A stretch of DNA of 63,407 nucleotides, counting the filler, from Vannella sp. (lineage: Eukaryota), in the NCBI GenBank assembly GCA_023345925.1. It is 5 parts of 5 records of this genome, joined end to end, with 100 filler letters (N's around TTAATTAATTAA, not from the genome) between each part and the next. Parts side by side here need not be neighbours in the genome. Positions count along the whole stretch, not along the records: positions 22,668 to 33,685 come from JAJQQN010001373.1; positions 33,786 to 42,037 come from JAJQQN010000376.1; 3 more parts are not named here. The stretch is one strand, 5' to 3'. A program made the position numbers and the translations under genes. A model generated the notes under the pieces. The model searched no databases and was not told the origin of the DNA. It worked only from the letters and a program-made list of their open reading frames with translations. Below, piece after piece: positions 26,001 through 37,928 of this stretch (positions are counted from its first letter, which is position 1; each line of letters begins with the position of its first letter).

Positions 26001-28578
26001 ACTGACTTGAATTCTATCAATGTGATAGCTTCTGCTGGAAACGACATCATTGTCTCAACTGGTCTCATGAATTCGAGTAATGCCAACTTCAAAAGTGACA
26101 AATTGGTGATCACCCACACACAGAATGTCTCTCTGTTGGGAACAGTCAATGTTGATGCCAACATTGTCATTAGCTTGGACTCCTCCATGTTATCTTTCTC
26201 AATGAACGGACTGAATATTGGAGCTGGCAAAAGCATTTCCAATATTCAGTCCGTTCCTATAACTCTCCTTCGAGGTTACCACTTTGTGGATGCAGTTGTG
26301 AACAACACCGTCTTGAGTTCAGGGGCTATCTTGTCTGGAAATGGACTTTTTGGAAGTTTGTATTCTCAAAACGACTCGGTAATCGCGCCCAGTTTTGGCC
26401 AGACGGCTAAAATGACAGTCGAGCAGCTGCATATTATGGAAAGTCTTCAAGTCAGACTTGAGGTTGTGAACGGATCAGATACAGTCTGCCTTGTCAAAAG
26501 CTTTGTGCCATCGCCTACTGCTGTTCTTCAAGTGTACGTGACCCGTTTTGAGAACTCCAGCTCTTCATACGACTTCTATCCTTTCGGTAACATTGTCATT
26601 CCGCCCGGCTTAATCTTGCGTTCCTCCTCTGGAGAACAATTGTTCACGGATTCTGAGCTTCGAACCATATCTGAGGGTGAACTAGTCGTCTCATTCTCTA
26701 AATCTCAGAGTGGCAATCTTTCAGGGGTGTTCTCCTACTCACCAAACCTGGCTCCAATCGCATACCCTGACTACGTCCAGAAGGTTTGCGATTATGGAGT
26801 ATTTTGCATAATCTGTGAGAATGTTACCGCAAACGATGCAGACCCTGATGGAGATCCAATAACCCTGACAGACATGGTGGCTCTCAACAGTTCGGCGCCA
26901 ACATTCGATAGGAATGGGACTGTTTGTTATAGTCTCAACCTCACTTCTCAGAACCAGACAATCTTCTTCACAGAGATCATTCAAGATCAATTAGGCCAAA
27001 AAAGTAATGCTTCTGTTCAATTCCACTTCCAGCTACTACAAAGCCCCTCGCCTAGCGTAATACCATTTGAGTCTGTTCCTGCAACAGTGTCGCCATCCCC
27101 AACAGTCTCAGCGTCTGCTACTCCGACTGATTCTTTATCTCTCACTCCAACCTTCTCTGCATCTGAAACTCCAACCTTGTCTGGATCAACCTTAATCTTC
27201 TCTTCGTTCCCGGTTCCAATTCTCTCAGATTCTCTGAGTCCAAAACTCTCTATGAGCTCAACACTCTCTATGAGTCCAACACTCTCTATGAGTCCAACAC
27301 TCTCTATGAGTCCAACACTCTCTGTGAGTCCAACACTCTCTATGAGTCCAACACTCTCTGTGAGTCCAACACTCTCTGAAACTATGAGTCCAACACTCTC
27401 TATGAGCTCAACACTCTCTATGAGTCCGACACTCTCTGTAACTTTGGCTCCAACATTCTCTGAGTCTGCAAGTACCCTACTCTCTGAAACTAGGACTCCG
27501 ACGCTCTCCGAATCTCCAAGTCACACACTATCTGAATCAATGACTACAACACTTTCTGAGACTTCAAGTCCCCGACTCACTGAAACTCTGGCTCTGCCCC
27601 TAAATGGAACATTCTCTCCAGTTCTTCCAACGACCTCAAATCCTTCGAAAACGCCTTCTGCCTCCTTGGGCCAAACCTCTCTAACGTTCAAGCAGTCCGA
27701 GTTCACTGGAGCCCCTCAACCTTCAGAATCAAAGGAGATGACTTCTGTGAGCGTCAGGATGAGTTTTGACGTGGAGAGTGAGACTGCTAGTCCTCTGACA
27801 CCTCAATTGTCATCGGCTTCTTCATCTTCTCCCTCGTCCTCTCCTTCTCCGATTCAAGTCAGCCCCTCTCAATCCGGAATTCCAGGAGCCCCTCCGTGCG
27901 TCGATTGTGAGTACGGTCAGGAATCAAAGGCATTTTCGAATGGAATCTTTGAGTTGCTATTGAATAATGGAGAACGATTTGGTACTCTTGAAGTCCCACT
28001 GGGGATGGTATCGGAGGACATTGCAGAGTTGCTCACTCTCCGAGTCAGTTCCGTCTCAATTGGTAACTCAACAAGGAGTGTGGGTGGACGAATACTATCC
28101 AGCGCAATTGCTGACATCACTCTCTCCCTTCCCAATGGCTTCCTCATCGAAGAGCTGGAAAGAGACCTCATTGTTTGCCTCCGAGAGGATGAAGAAACCA
28201 AGAAGAGCGGGAAAGCTCGTTGTTTGGGATACTACGATGAGATACAACGCAAATGGAAGTGCGAAGATACGTGCTTGAAGCACAAGAACGGAACCTTTTG
28301 TGGTTCCACTGGTAAGTCATCCATACCTGAGAGCGGAGCTGGACTGACCCTGTCCAGGACATCTGACCTCTTTCGCTTTGCTTCTTTCGGGCAACGACGA
28401 AGAGACATGCAGCGGAACCCAAAATAATCAAACGCTCTCTTGGGTGTCTATGGGCTTCGTAGCCGGAGCCGCATTGATCATCCTTTTGTCTGTTGTCCTC
28501 ATCGAAATCGTATTCCGAGTCAAACTGATTCGCCAAGCTCACTTTATCCGGAACTTGCCCTCTGAAGACCATCATTAA
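23086..28578 (+). CDS. Large single-pass surface protein: beta-rich ectodomain, Ig/cadherin-like segment, Ser/Thr/Pro stalk, GPS motif, TM helix
   Basis: Signal peptide; many NxS/T sequons; NVTANDADPDGD; intron 28312-28357 yields CGSTGHLTSFALLL followed by a TM helix; frame break near 25846-25886. Confidence 0.8.
27235..27440 (+). repeat. Coding minisatellite, 18-bp unit (~11 copies, encoding SPTLSM/V)
   Basis: AGTCCAACACTCTCTATG tandem copies. Confidence 0.92.
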
Positions 28579-28719
28579 ACTCACTCACTTCCCATTTCAA
28601 AGCTCACTAACTTAATCGGAAGGAGAGACCGTTCTGATTCGGCTTTTGGTATTCTCCCAAACGGTTTAATGTATGGCAGGTGGTCATCATCGCCCAGAAG
28701 ACACGAAAGCATACTCATA

Positions 28720-29787
28720 CTAAAGGAAGCAGGCACTCTTGTTTCTGCTGCGAGTGAATGGATGAGGGAGAGCAGGCTTGACATGGGAGGGAATGGGAGT
28801 GGTTTGGTTTTCCGAGCTTTCCACTCCTAGCTGTCCGTCGTCGTTGCATCCGAAGACCAGCAGGCTGCCTTCCTGTGCGAACACCAAAGAATGGCCCCTT
28901 CCCGCAACCACAGAGCTCATTCCTTTCAATGAACTCACTTGAGTAGGTTGGGGCCAATGGAGTGAAGTTTGTATGTCCCTCCCCAATTGCCCACCTGCAC
29001 CATGTCCCCAGGTCCAAACGTCGCCGTTTTCATCCAGAGAGAGAGTGTGATTGAGTCCACAAGAGGCTGCAAGCATGGGAGGGATGTTTTCGATTCGCTG
29101 AAGCTTCGAATAGCTCCCAGAATAGCGCCCCAGTTGGCCAAGGGAGTTGTCCCCAGCAGAGAAGACGCCTCCTTGCGAGTCGATGAGGATCACTCCATTC
29201 TGGCAAGCAGCCAGGCATCGGAGAGGTCCTTCAGAGCACTCTTCCAACTGTATAAGGGTCGGTTGGAGAGCGTTGTTAGTGTGACCGAGGCCCAGTTGCC
29301 CTTTAGAGTTGTTGCCCAGCACCCAGAAGGTCCCTTCTTGGGTCTCAGCCGCGATGAATTTGAGGCCGCAGGCCACTTTGAGGAGGGGAGGGAGGACCTC
29401 TACGCGATGAGGAAGAGAACTCGCCCAAGAGAGATCCCTCTGGCTCGTCCACACCCAAAGGCCGCCTTCCGTGTCGATGGCGGCGCTGTGATGGATACCG
29501 GCAGCCACCAAAGTGATACCAGGTAGCTCTTGGACTTGTGTAAAGTGGAGAGAGAAAGATGGGAGCCGGGAGAGACCAGCTTCCCACACACCGCCCTCCG
29601 CGTCAAGCACGAGGGAGTGGTGCCATCCCCAGTCCACCTGAACCGGCTGCGGACCATTCCAAGGGACCTCTGATGGCAATGATGGGTTATCGTTGTGACC
29701 GAGACCGAGTTGGCCTTCTTCATTGTCCCCAAAAGCGAAAAGGTTCCCTTCGAAGGAGAGGAGGAGCGTGTGGTTGCCGAAGGGCAT
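28720..29787 (-). CDS. RCC1/BLIP-II repeat protein, intronless
   Basis: Repeated GxNxxGQLG and GxxHS/T motifs. Confidence 0.9.
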   Translation of the reverse strand: MPFGNHTLLLSFEGNLFAFGDNEEGQLGLGHNDNPSLPSEVPWNGPQPVQVDWGWHHSLVLDAEGGVWEAGLSRLPSFSLHFTQVQELPGITLVAAGIHHSAAIDTEGGLWVWTSQRDLSWASSLPHRVEVLPPLLKVACGLKFIAAETQEGTFWVLGNNSKGQLGLGHTNNALQPTLIQLEECSEGPLRCLAACQNGVILIDSQGGVFSAGDNSLGQLGRYSGSYSKLQRIENIPPMLAASCGLNHTLSLDENGDVWTWGHGAGGQLGRDIQTSLHWPQPTQVSSLKGMSSVVAGRGHSLVFAQEGSLLVFGCNDDGQLGVESSENQTTPIPSHVKPALPHPFTRSRNKSACFL

Positions 29788-30390
29788 CCAAATGAATGGC
29801 AATGGAGTGAAGAAAAAGAGCTTTCAGTGATGCTATTTCCTTCATTCCCTTCGGAAGCAGCAACTCAGACACAAAGAGAGAAGTCACCGCTCACTAACCA
29901 CATCCTGGCTTCGATTGAAAAGGACCTTCATTCGAACGGGACCCTTACCAATGAACTTTTCATAGGTTTTGGTTGAAGCACTTTTGGGGCCTCGAGAAAA
30001 CCTCTTCTCTGAGTGCACGCTTTACTTGACGCTTGTTCACTCCAACGGTCCTCTTCCAGCGTTGAAGTACAGCAGCAGTAATGTAGATGCCTCTCGTCCT
30101 CTGAAAGCTGTTGTTAGGGAGTGTCCCCAAGCGGCCACCCTCTCTCTCCTTGCACTACAGCGGTTCTTTTGTCTCTTGTTGATCTTGCCTGATTTGACCA
30201 TTCCTCCAGAACCCTTTTCGTCAATGAAGGGTCGAGATGCAGTAGCAATTGCCTCGGTGGTGCCGATTGTGTCTCCACCAACTGACGACATCATCCTTAG
30301 TACTTCTTGATTGAATCCAAACAGAAGAAAGGTCCTCTTTATTGCAATGCGAATCAAGCAGAGGTCCCATTCAGGATAATGAGGTTGGAA

Positions 30391-33288
30391 TTAGATCATT
30401 ATCAAAAGGGAAAAACCGAGTCCCACTGCAAGGCTTGCGCTGCCCGAGCCAATTGGCACAGGGATGGGGACATCCACGGGGAACGGAACTGGGACAATGA
30501 CGGGGACTGGGACTGGGACTGGATTGGGAACAGGATTAGGGACAGGAACTGGCACAGGATTCGGAACTGGATTGGGGAAAGGCACAGGAACCGAAATGGG
30601 GTTGGGAACAGGCACTGGATTAGGAACAGGGTTGGGAATCGAGACTGGCACTGGGTTTGGAACTGGCACCGGATTAGGAACTGGATTGGGAACCGGATTC
30701 GGGACTGGATTGGGAATGGGGTTCGGAATCGGGTTAGGAACGGGAACCAAAGTCGGAACTGGGTTCGGAATAGGATTGGGAATAGGCACAAGAGTCGGTA
30801 CTGGAACATTCGTAGGGACAGATACAATTGTGACCTGAGCAGAGGGGAATGGGGAGCTGCTAGCCGAATTGACTTGACTGACAAAGGACTTCAAGGCCAC
30901 AGACAAGACGCCGAATCTGGTACTTTCTCCACATGCTTTTGAGCTTCCATCAGGACTGGGAAGGTACAATCCAGCATCAGCACATTGGAACGCTCCGCTG
31001 GTATCCAAGTAAACAACGCAAAAGTCATCCAACATCGTTGAGTTCAGGTTGAAGCAAACCTGGAAAGGAAGGGAGGCGTTGACCGCTTGACCAAAGCTGT
31101 TCAGCGCAGTCACATTGAGAATAACTGATGATAGACGAAGAGCTAATGACGAGGTAGGCAACTCACTAGAACCAATCTCAGAGACTTGAACGCGCTCTAC
31201 ATTCGGGAACGAAGCTCGCAGCAGGGAGACCAGAGATTCGTTTGTTGATGCTCGGATGTAAGGTGGTAACGAAGCAGAGGGACTCGTAGATGGAGTCAGA
31301 GACGGAGTAGAAGATAAGGAGACGGACACGGATGCACTTGGCGAGACTGAAGAGGTTCGCGATACACTCCCCGAGGCACTCGCTGAGGCCGAAGAGGTGG
31401 GAGTGGATGTTGGAGTGAGGGTTGGACTTGGAGTCACAGATGGAATCTCAAATTGCAATCGCTCTAACACGTACGAGCCACCTCCGAACATGTCCACTTG
31501 AACGCGAATGGCACCAATCTGGGACAAGTCGCATCCACTGAACGACCCAAAGGGATACGACCGAACTGTGGAAGAGTTCGTCATTGGAGGAGAAATCAAA
31601 TCTGGATTGGGAAGAGCACAGAACGCTCCCGCATTGTCAATCAGGAACACAGAAATCTTGAGATCTCCAGAGATATCCAACTTGATCTGGAATAAGCTGC
31701 TGGGAGACTTACTTAAGTTGATGGTCCCCAAGCCCTTGGGAGCGAGGTACTTTCCTCCCAGTCCTCCATCATAGTCAAGAATCAATCGAGTTTCTGCTCC
31801 GGAAGTAGATCTAACGCTCAGTCCACTCACTTTTCCTCCCAAAGTTACAGCAAACGTGCTATCAGCGTATGTGATTCCATCAAGGGAGATAGCGGTCAGG
31901 TCTCTGCCACATCCTATTGGTGAGAGGCAACCAGGGGGTGAAAGATAAGAGACAGTCTTTTGCAAGTCCGGAGCCACATTACGCTTTGCATTGACACTGA
32001 TGATAGTATCAGCGTCGTCAACGCTGATAATGTCAAAGGGTTCTTGTGACCCGGAATACTCGAAAGAGTACGATATAACAAACGGAGATATCAAAACGAG
32101 CCCTTCTTCAGTTGAATTCGATGCGTCAAAAGAAGTTACAAACTCCAGAGCTCTGATTAAGCTACAATCACAGCTCTGCAAAGGGACATCGAAAATAGTA
32201 AATTGACGAGAGGCAGCGACCATTTGAGGAGGAGTTATGCAGATCAGGGCACCTTCGTTGTCATAGTAACGAATTCCAACAGTGTAAGGGATACTTGAAT
32301 CAACAGAAATCAGGAATGTCAACTGCAAGATATCCGCCGGAGTTTCGCATTGTCGAATAGGGAATCCATTCGAGACGTTTCCTGACCCATCCTTTCCATC
32401 GTATTGGAAAACGATGGAATAAACAGACTGTGGAGGAACCACTATGGCAAGTCCTTGATTGCTGGCACCTACCGAGAAGCTTGTTCCAGGAGGTGCCGAG
32501 GTGAAGTTGAAGATTATATCCCGCTCGTCTCCGATGAAAGTCTGGGCAGAGGATTCACGAATGGCAGGAAGCTCATCAGAAGATACGAGGAACTCCGTGG
32601 ATGGAGTCGAGCCTCCAAGCTCAAAGTTGTCGACGACGATGCGTTCGGGAGAAGTGATGTCCTTTCGAATAAAGATGCCATCCACAATGAGATTTGAGCC
32701 ATCCGCATAGGGATTCGGGTCATCAATTGATACTGATACCTCAATGATTTTGATGCTAGAAAGGTCACAAGTGTCTCCAAAATAGAACAAAGTCACCTTC
32801 CGGAACTGAGTACCCTGGAACTTGGCAGTCTCTTTCACGATGCACGTTTGGCCTTTGGCATCTATCAAGTTCAGTTGCACATACGCTTCACTACCAGGAT
32901 AGAAGGAAATAAGATAGACTTCCACTGCACCCTCCTTGAGAGACAGATCGAGGGTGGGGAGAAGGTTGCCATTCCTTCCATCATATTGGAAGATTACAAA
33001 AGTGTCTCGACCTGGAAGTTCGATCTCCGCCTTTCCATCTACCAGGCTAACTTTTGCTAAGCTGCCCTCTGCTGCTTCTTCCAGTCGGACAATCACATCT
33101 CGAGAACAACCGATCAGCCCAATACAGTTGGGATCCGCATTAAAGTCGGAGGCTTGCACCTGAGGCGAGCCTCCCCTGTTGTCCAAGTTGAAACGTGTCC
33201 GACCAAACGTAAAATCGTCAACCATGCCCAATTCTCCAGAGCACCACGTGAGTAGCATCACCAAGAACAGACTTCTGATGAGGAGCAT
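30391..33288 (-). CDS. Secreted, probably GPI-anchored surface protein: three copies of an uncharacterised Cys-containing domain, Ser/Thr linker, GPS-like domain, (PNPV)n stalk
   Basis: Signal peptide; recurring VDxF..RD..(F/D)YDG..CDxSxI pattern; hydrophobic C-terminus with no cytoplasmic tail. Confidence 0.8.
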   Translation of the reverse strand: MLLIRSLFLVMLLTWCSGELGMVDDFTFGRTRFNLDNRGGSPQVQASDFNADPNCIGLIGCSRDVIVRLEEAAEGSLAKVSLVDGKAEIELPGRDTFVIFQYDGRNGNLLPTLDLSLKEGAVEVYLISFYPGSEAYVQLNLIDAKGQTCIVKETAKFQGTQFRKVTLFYFGDTCDLSSIKIIEVSVSIDDPNPYADGSNLIVDGIFIRKDITSPERIVVDNFELGGSTPSTEFLVSSDELPAIRESSAQTFIGDERDIIFNFTSAPPGTSFSVGASNQGLAIVVPPQSVYSIVFQYDGKDGSGNVSNGFPIRQCETPADILQLTFLISVDSSIPYTVGIRYYDNEGALICITPPQMVAASRQFTIFDVPLQSCDCSLIRALEFVTSFDASNSTEEGLVLISPFVISYSFEYSGSQEPFDIISVDDADTIISVNAKRNVAPDLQKTVSYLSPPGCLSPIGCGRDLTAISLDGITYADSTFAVTLGGKVSGLSVRSTSGAETRLILDYDGGLGGKYLAPKGLGTINLSKSPSSLFQIKLDISGDLKISVFLIDNAGAFCALPNPDLISPPMTNSSTVRSYPFGSFSGCDLSQIGAIRVQVDMFGGGSYVLERLQFEIPSVTPSPTLTPTSTPTSSASASASGSVSRTSSVSPSASVSVSLSSTPSLTPSTSPSASLPPYIRASTNESLVSLLRASFPNVERVQVSEIGSSELPTSSLALRLSSVILNVTALNSFGQAVNASLPFQVCFNLNSTMLDDFCVVYLDTSGAFQCADAGLYLPSPDGSSKACGESTRFGVLSVALKSFVSQVNSASSSPFPSAQVTIVSVPTNVPVPTLVPIPNPIPNPVPTLVPVPNPIPNPIPNPVPNPVPNPVPNPVPVPNPVPVSIPNPVPNPVPVPNPISVPVPFPNPVPNPVPVPVPNPVPNPVPVPVPVIVPVPFPVDVPIPVPIGSGSASLAVGLGFSLLIMI
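30464..30815 (-). repeat. Coding tetrapeptide repeat (PNPV/PNPI/PVPV)
   Basis: Seen in the translation; codon-degenerate 6/12-bp units. Confidence 0.9.
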
Positions 33289-33685
33289 TGGAAAAATGAA
33301 AGCAGTGCTTTGCCTCGCGAAACTTATAGGCAGTTTGGTTTCAAGATTCCCTTATTTGGTAATTGAAAGTATAAATTGGGTCACTTTTTTTCCTGTTTAG
33401 AACTGTAAATCTCCAAAAGTGGAGAAGGAACATTCTGTTGAAAAGTTGGAAGAGGTCCATTCAAAGTCGATTTTTATGGTTTCAAAGGTCTGGTTCCCGA
33501 ATCCTGCATTCCTCATCACATCAAAAATTCTGCGCATGTTGGCAGATTTTACAAGAGATGGGCGGCGGCAATGAGAGAATCCACGGCTCAACCACGTCCC
33601 TGGCCTCTGTTGAAAAGTGCTTCTAAATTCAACTGGGACCGATGCGAAAGATGATTTTATATGTTCTTAAGAGGGCAGCTTTTCC

Positions 33686-33785
33686 NNNNNNNNNNNNNNN
33701 NNNNNNNNNNNNNNNNNNNNNNNNNNNNNTTAATTAATTAANNNNNNNNNNNNNNNNNNNNNNNNNNNNNNNNNNNNNNNNNNNN
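33686..33785. other. Artificial contig linker
   Basis: N spacer with TTAATTAATTAA. Confidence 0.98.
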
Positions 33786-35263
33786 CCGCGTTCTCTCGGG
33801 TTCTTCGTGCCTAGGTCAGGAGAGATCAAACGGAAGGCACCGTCGCATAAGCGCAATCATTCCGTCAACCGAGTGGTGCGTCGCTTGGCTGAGGGAGTCG
33901 TGGGAACTCAGGGGAGGCGTCTGTTTAGAATACTTCTGGAGAGACTGAACTCTTCCATGCGTGTGAAGTAAGCGATGTCAAAACTGTTCAGAGGCTTCTT
34001 GCTCGTGAATACACCGACGTGAACAAACCAGTAGGGACCTTCTCCCTTCTCTTTGAAATATGTTCATGTGTCACTAACACTTCTCTCAGGATCCCAGTGG
34101 AGTGTGTAATACTTCACTCTCGTAGGTTTGCACTAACTGTGGCCTTTCAGGAGACACCCTTCCACGCAGCTTGCCTTGGCAAATACTTGGATGTCGTCAA
34201 ACTGTTTCTCGCTGATCCGCGAACTGACGTGAACTTGGTTAGCTCGTTTGTATCACCAAGCTTTAGTCTAATCCTCAAATCGCTTTAGGGCAACCCCTTC
34301 CACATGGTGTGTCGTGGTCAACACATGCCCCTCATTGAGCTCCTCATGAGCGATCAGAGAGTGGACATCAACCACCGTGTATGTACTCTATTCGCTAAGA
34401 AGTTCAATCTCCTAACAATCCACAGGATCGCAAGGGTGTAGGACCTCCCAGCACACAATCACCCAAACTAACGGATTTAGGCGACACCCTTCAACCACGC
34501 GGTGGAGATGCAGCACGACGATGTATTGGAAGTTCTCCTCGCAGATCCACGAACAGATATCAATCAGGGTGTAGGTTCTCTGGAACTGAGTGCCAGAGAC
34601 TAACGGCTGTCTAGGACACGAAGGGCGTATGTGGCTTCAGGGGCCTTCTACCAACGGGAAGGCCAACTAACTCCCCTCTAGATGAACCCCCTCACGAGAG
34701 CTTGTTCCCAAGGACGAGCCGAACTGGTCAAAAGGCTTCTTGACGACCCTCGCATCAGAGCGAGAGAGACAGTGAGGCAATCACATGATCTTCCTCTTTT
34801 CTTACACGGTGCAGCTGTTGGCCTTTACTGAAGCCTGCCGCACAGGCTGCATGGAGATCGTCAAGATCTTCCTCAACGACGAGAGGATCGATCTGAACCA
34901 AGTTGTAAGCCCCTTTATCTTTCCCTTCTCACCAAACCTCTCTAAGACTCTTTTGTAGAAGGAAGTACGAGTAAGTAGAAGTCCATGTCGTTCATCAATC
35001 CCTTCCCAACCTCTTTTGATTGGCAGATGAACCGCATCCCTTTCGTGCTTGCGTGTGACAACAAACACCTCGAAGTGGTGGAGGAACTACTGAAAGACGG
35101 TCGTTTGGAGTTGACGCCGCTCATGGGGAAAGCTGTGAAGATTGACTTGTGGAAAGAGCTGTTCCCCGACAAGCAGAATGAGATCGATGATATATCAAGG
35201 CTAGCAGATGCGCGTGGGATCCTCTCCAACGGAAGATCAACGTTGTTACAACACTCCTATTGA
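33786..35263 (+). CDS. Ankyrin-repeat protein, 5'-partial, ~11 short introns with micro-exons
   Basis: Spliced translation ETELFHAC..DVNKP|DPSG|ETPFHAAC..DINHR|DRKG|ATPF..DINQG|DTKG|MNPL; introns carry CTAAC branch sites. Confidence 0.85.
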
Positions 35264-35446
35264 ATAAACCATGTTTGATTTCTGGCCAATCACGTCCTGC
35301 TTTGTCGAATATCGGATTTTACACCAAATGTCTTCCTTCCTCCACTTTCCTCCAATCAGAAAACAGTGTGGGTCCGATACCGATTTATCAACTGGCGGTT
35401 GGTGAGTACAAAAGGGACCTGTGGGGCTGTCTAATCATCCATTTAA

Positions 35447-35776
<330 letters not shown>

Positions 35777-35879
35777 ACGCTCTTCTCTATCTCATCTACC
35801 TGTAGCATACTACTCTTGATCGCCTTCTGATCTTGTAATCGCCAATAAATTTAATTATAAGATCAAGATCCCATTCTCC

Positions 35880-37889
35880 TCACTCTGCCACTTCCTCTTC
35901 ATCACTGTTGTCCTCTTCGTCTTCTTCTCCCTCTTCGGAGTCGTCTCCGTCTCCGAGGATGTCGAAGGTTTCGTAGTTGAAAAGGTCCTCTTCTCCCATC
36001 TAAGGAGGTTGGTAAGGTGAAGGAAGGAGTGAGAGAACTTACAATGTCAAGAAGCTCTTGCATGAGAGACGGTTGGTGGGCAAAGTCGTCTGCTTGAGGT
36101 GGTGTGATGCTTGGATGTTCTTCTTCCTTATTTGCAGGCGCTTCTGGAGGTTGGAAGATCCCCCATTTGATGGGCAAGAGCGGAGCGTCAAGCTCCATCG
36201 CATCAGAGTGCGGCGGATTCGTGGGAGCGGCGTCACGTTCAAGCTGAAGAGGGATCATCTCCTCTATCTTCTCTTTCAGTTTGAAGCGGATCTTCTTGAG
36301 AGTTTCTGGGTCAAACCAGCCGTACCCTTTCTTCTCCTTTGTTTAGAAAGGATGCCTTAAGACGTTGTTGGTATGGCTAAGCTTACCGTACAGGTTCCTG
36401 CGACCCCTTTGCTCAGAATGAGAGCCCGAATGGAGGGCTCCTCAACCTCGTTCAGCTGGTACCGGGTGGCAAACTCATCTGGGATCAAGAGAAGTCGCCT
36501 GTGGAGATCAACTGGCGTTCCTAACTGGTTTGTTGGGTTCTCTGCTACAGTCTCTGGTTCGACTGATCCACTGGAGAGGTCCATTGAGTCGTCGTGACCG
36601 GACTCTGCCATCGGAATGTCTGATTCCTCGGAAGGAGGTGTGCTTTCGGTCGTATCCTCTACTGGGGTCTCTTTCGGTTGTTCAACGACTACTTGGTCCT
36701 CTTTACCTCCTTCCACAACATCGGGCTGCAGTATCCCAACAGATCTCATGACACCAGGGTTTCTGTGGAGAATACGAACGCTTTGGAAGCTGTCCAATAG
36801 TGAGATACCTTCAAGGATTCACTGATACAACATACTATCGAGCACGTGGGTCGGCCCGCGGGTCATACCCGTAAAGAATGGAGGAATCTCGCCACGGCCC
36901 TTCTGAAAAGCTGTAACTCACCGACGGGAGCATAGATTGGACGACCCTCTTCTGCGCAGCAGGGAACATGCACCATATAGAAGACTTCAACCAAATGGGA
37001 CGGGGCGAGTTGGAACGGAGGATCGCGTCTGGCTCCGGCACAACAAACATAGTTACCAGTTTCTCGAGAATCCGGCGCTCTTCTTTCTTGAAGGACGAGG
37101 GGCAAGTGGTTAAGGCTTCTTGGAGGTTATAGATAGGATCCTTTCCTTTCAGACGAATGTCTGGGGTCTGAGGAGTCGCTTGTGAGAAGGAAATAAGGTG
37201 GACCATGTGTTTCCTGCTCCTGTGGATTCGCTTTTGCAGTTGGATGTTCCCTTCTTCGTCCACTTTGTAGAGGTTCGAGAAGATTCCTCGGTAGCCGTAG
37301 TCGATGATCTTCCGACCTCTACAGAAGGAGCTACTCGCGACCGAGAGGTCCAATTCGTGGATTGGGACGGGTTGGACAGGGATGACGATGCCTCCTTCGA
37401 TGCTACTCACTTCGTTATCAAGATGAGTGTCTATCTGACTGATAATGTCGTCAGAAGCACCCAAGTACTGCCCTAATACATCATTTGAGGCTCGATTGGG
37501 GATGAAGTCGACTGCAAAGTCTGCTAGCTCTATGGGAAGGTGTTAGAGGACCATAAGTTGGCTGATAGGACATGCCTGTGAACCGGAACGTGCGATCAAC
37601 GATGCCAACGAAGGTGGTTGCCACTCCACCAGGCTGGGAGTCGTCCTGTCGGACTCGGAGGAGCAGATTTGAGGTCTTCACTAGCTTCCCTTTGATAGTG
37701 GGGCACACTGGATCATCTGGGAGTAGCCTCAGCTCCATTGGAGCCTTCTCGTTGCTTCTCTGAGAGAGGTAAGTTCTCCCACAGTGACGTTTGGTGAACA
37801 CGAACATCAGGAAGAGGGCCCAGCGCTTTCATGCACCTCGACATTGACTTGACAACCCCAGGGAACTCCACACAAGTGATGGAAGCCAT
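35880..37889 (-). CDS. GTF3C5: TFIIIC subunit 5 (Tau95/Sfc1), multi-exon
   Basis: CVEFPGVVK..ALG, NLLLRV, FRFTG-LADF, GPWR..GYDPR and an acidic C-terminal tail. Confidence 0.88.
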
Positions 37890-37928
37890 CTCACACTCCT
37901 CCTGGATGGTCCTTCGCGCCATCCGCCC

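Noticed and set aside
27235..27440. CRISPR-like array
   Set aside because: Head-to-tail coding repeat with no unique spacers, in a eukaryotic gene.
28720..28740. CaaX prenylation signal on the RCC1 protein
   Set aside because: It ends SACFL, with the Cys at -3 rather than -4.
35777..35860. Metazoan-type histone 3' stem-loop
   Set aside because: No such hairpin is present; AATAAA is found instead.
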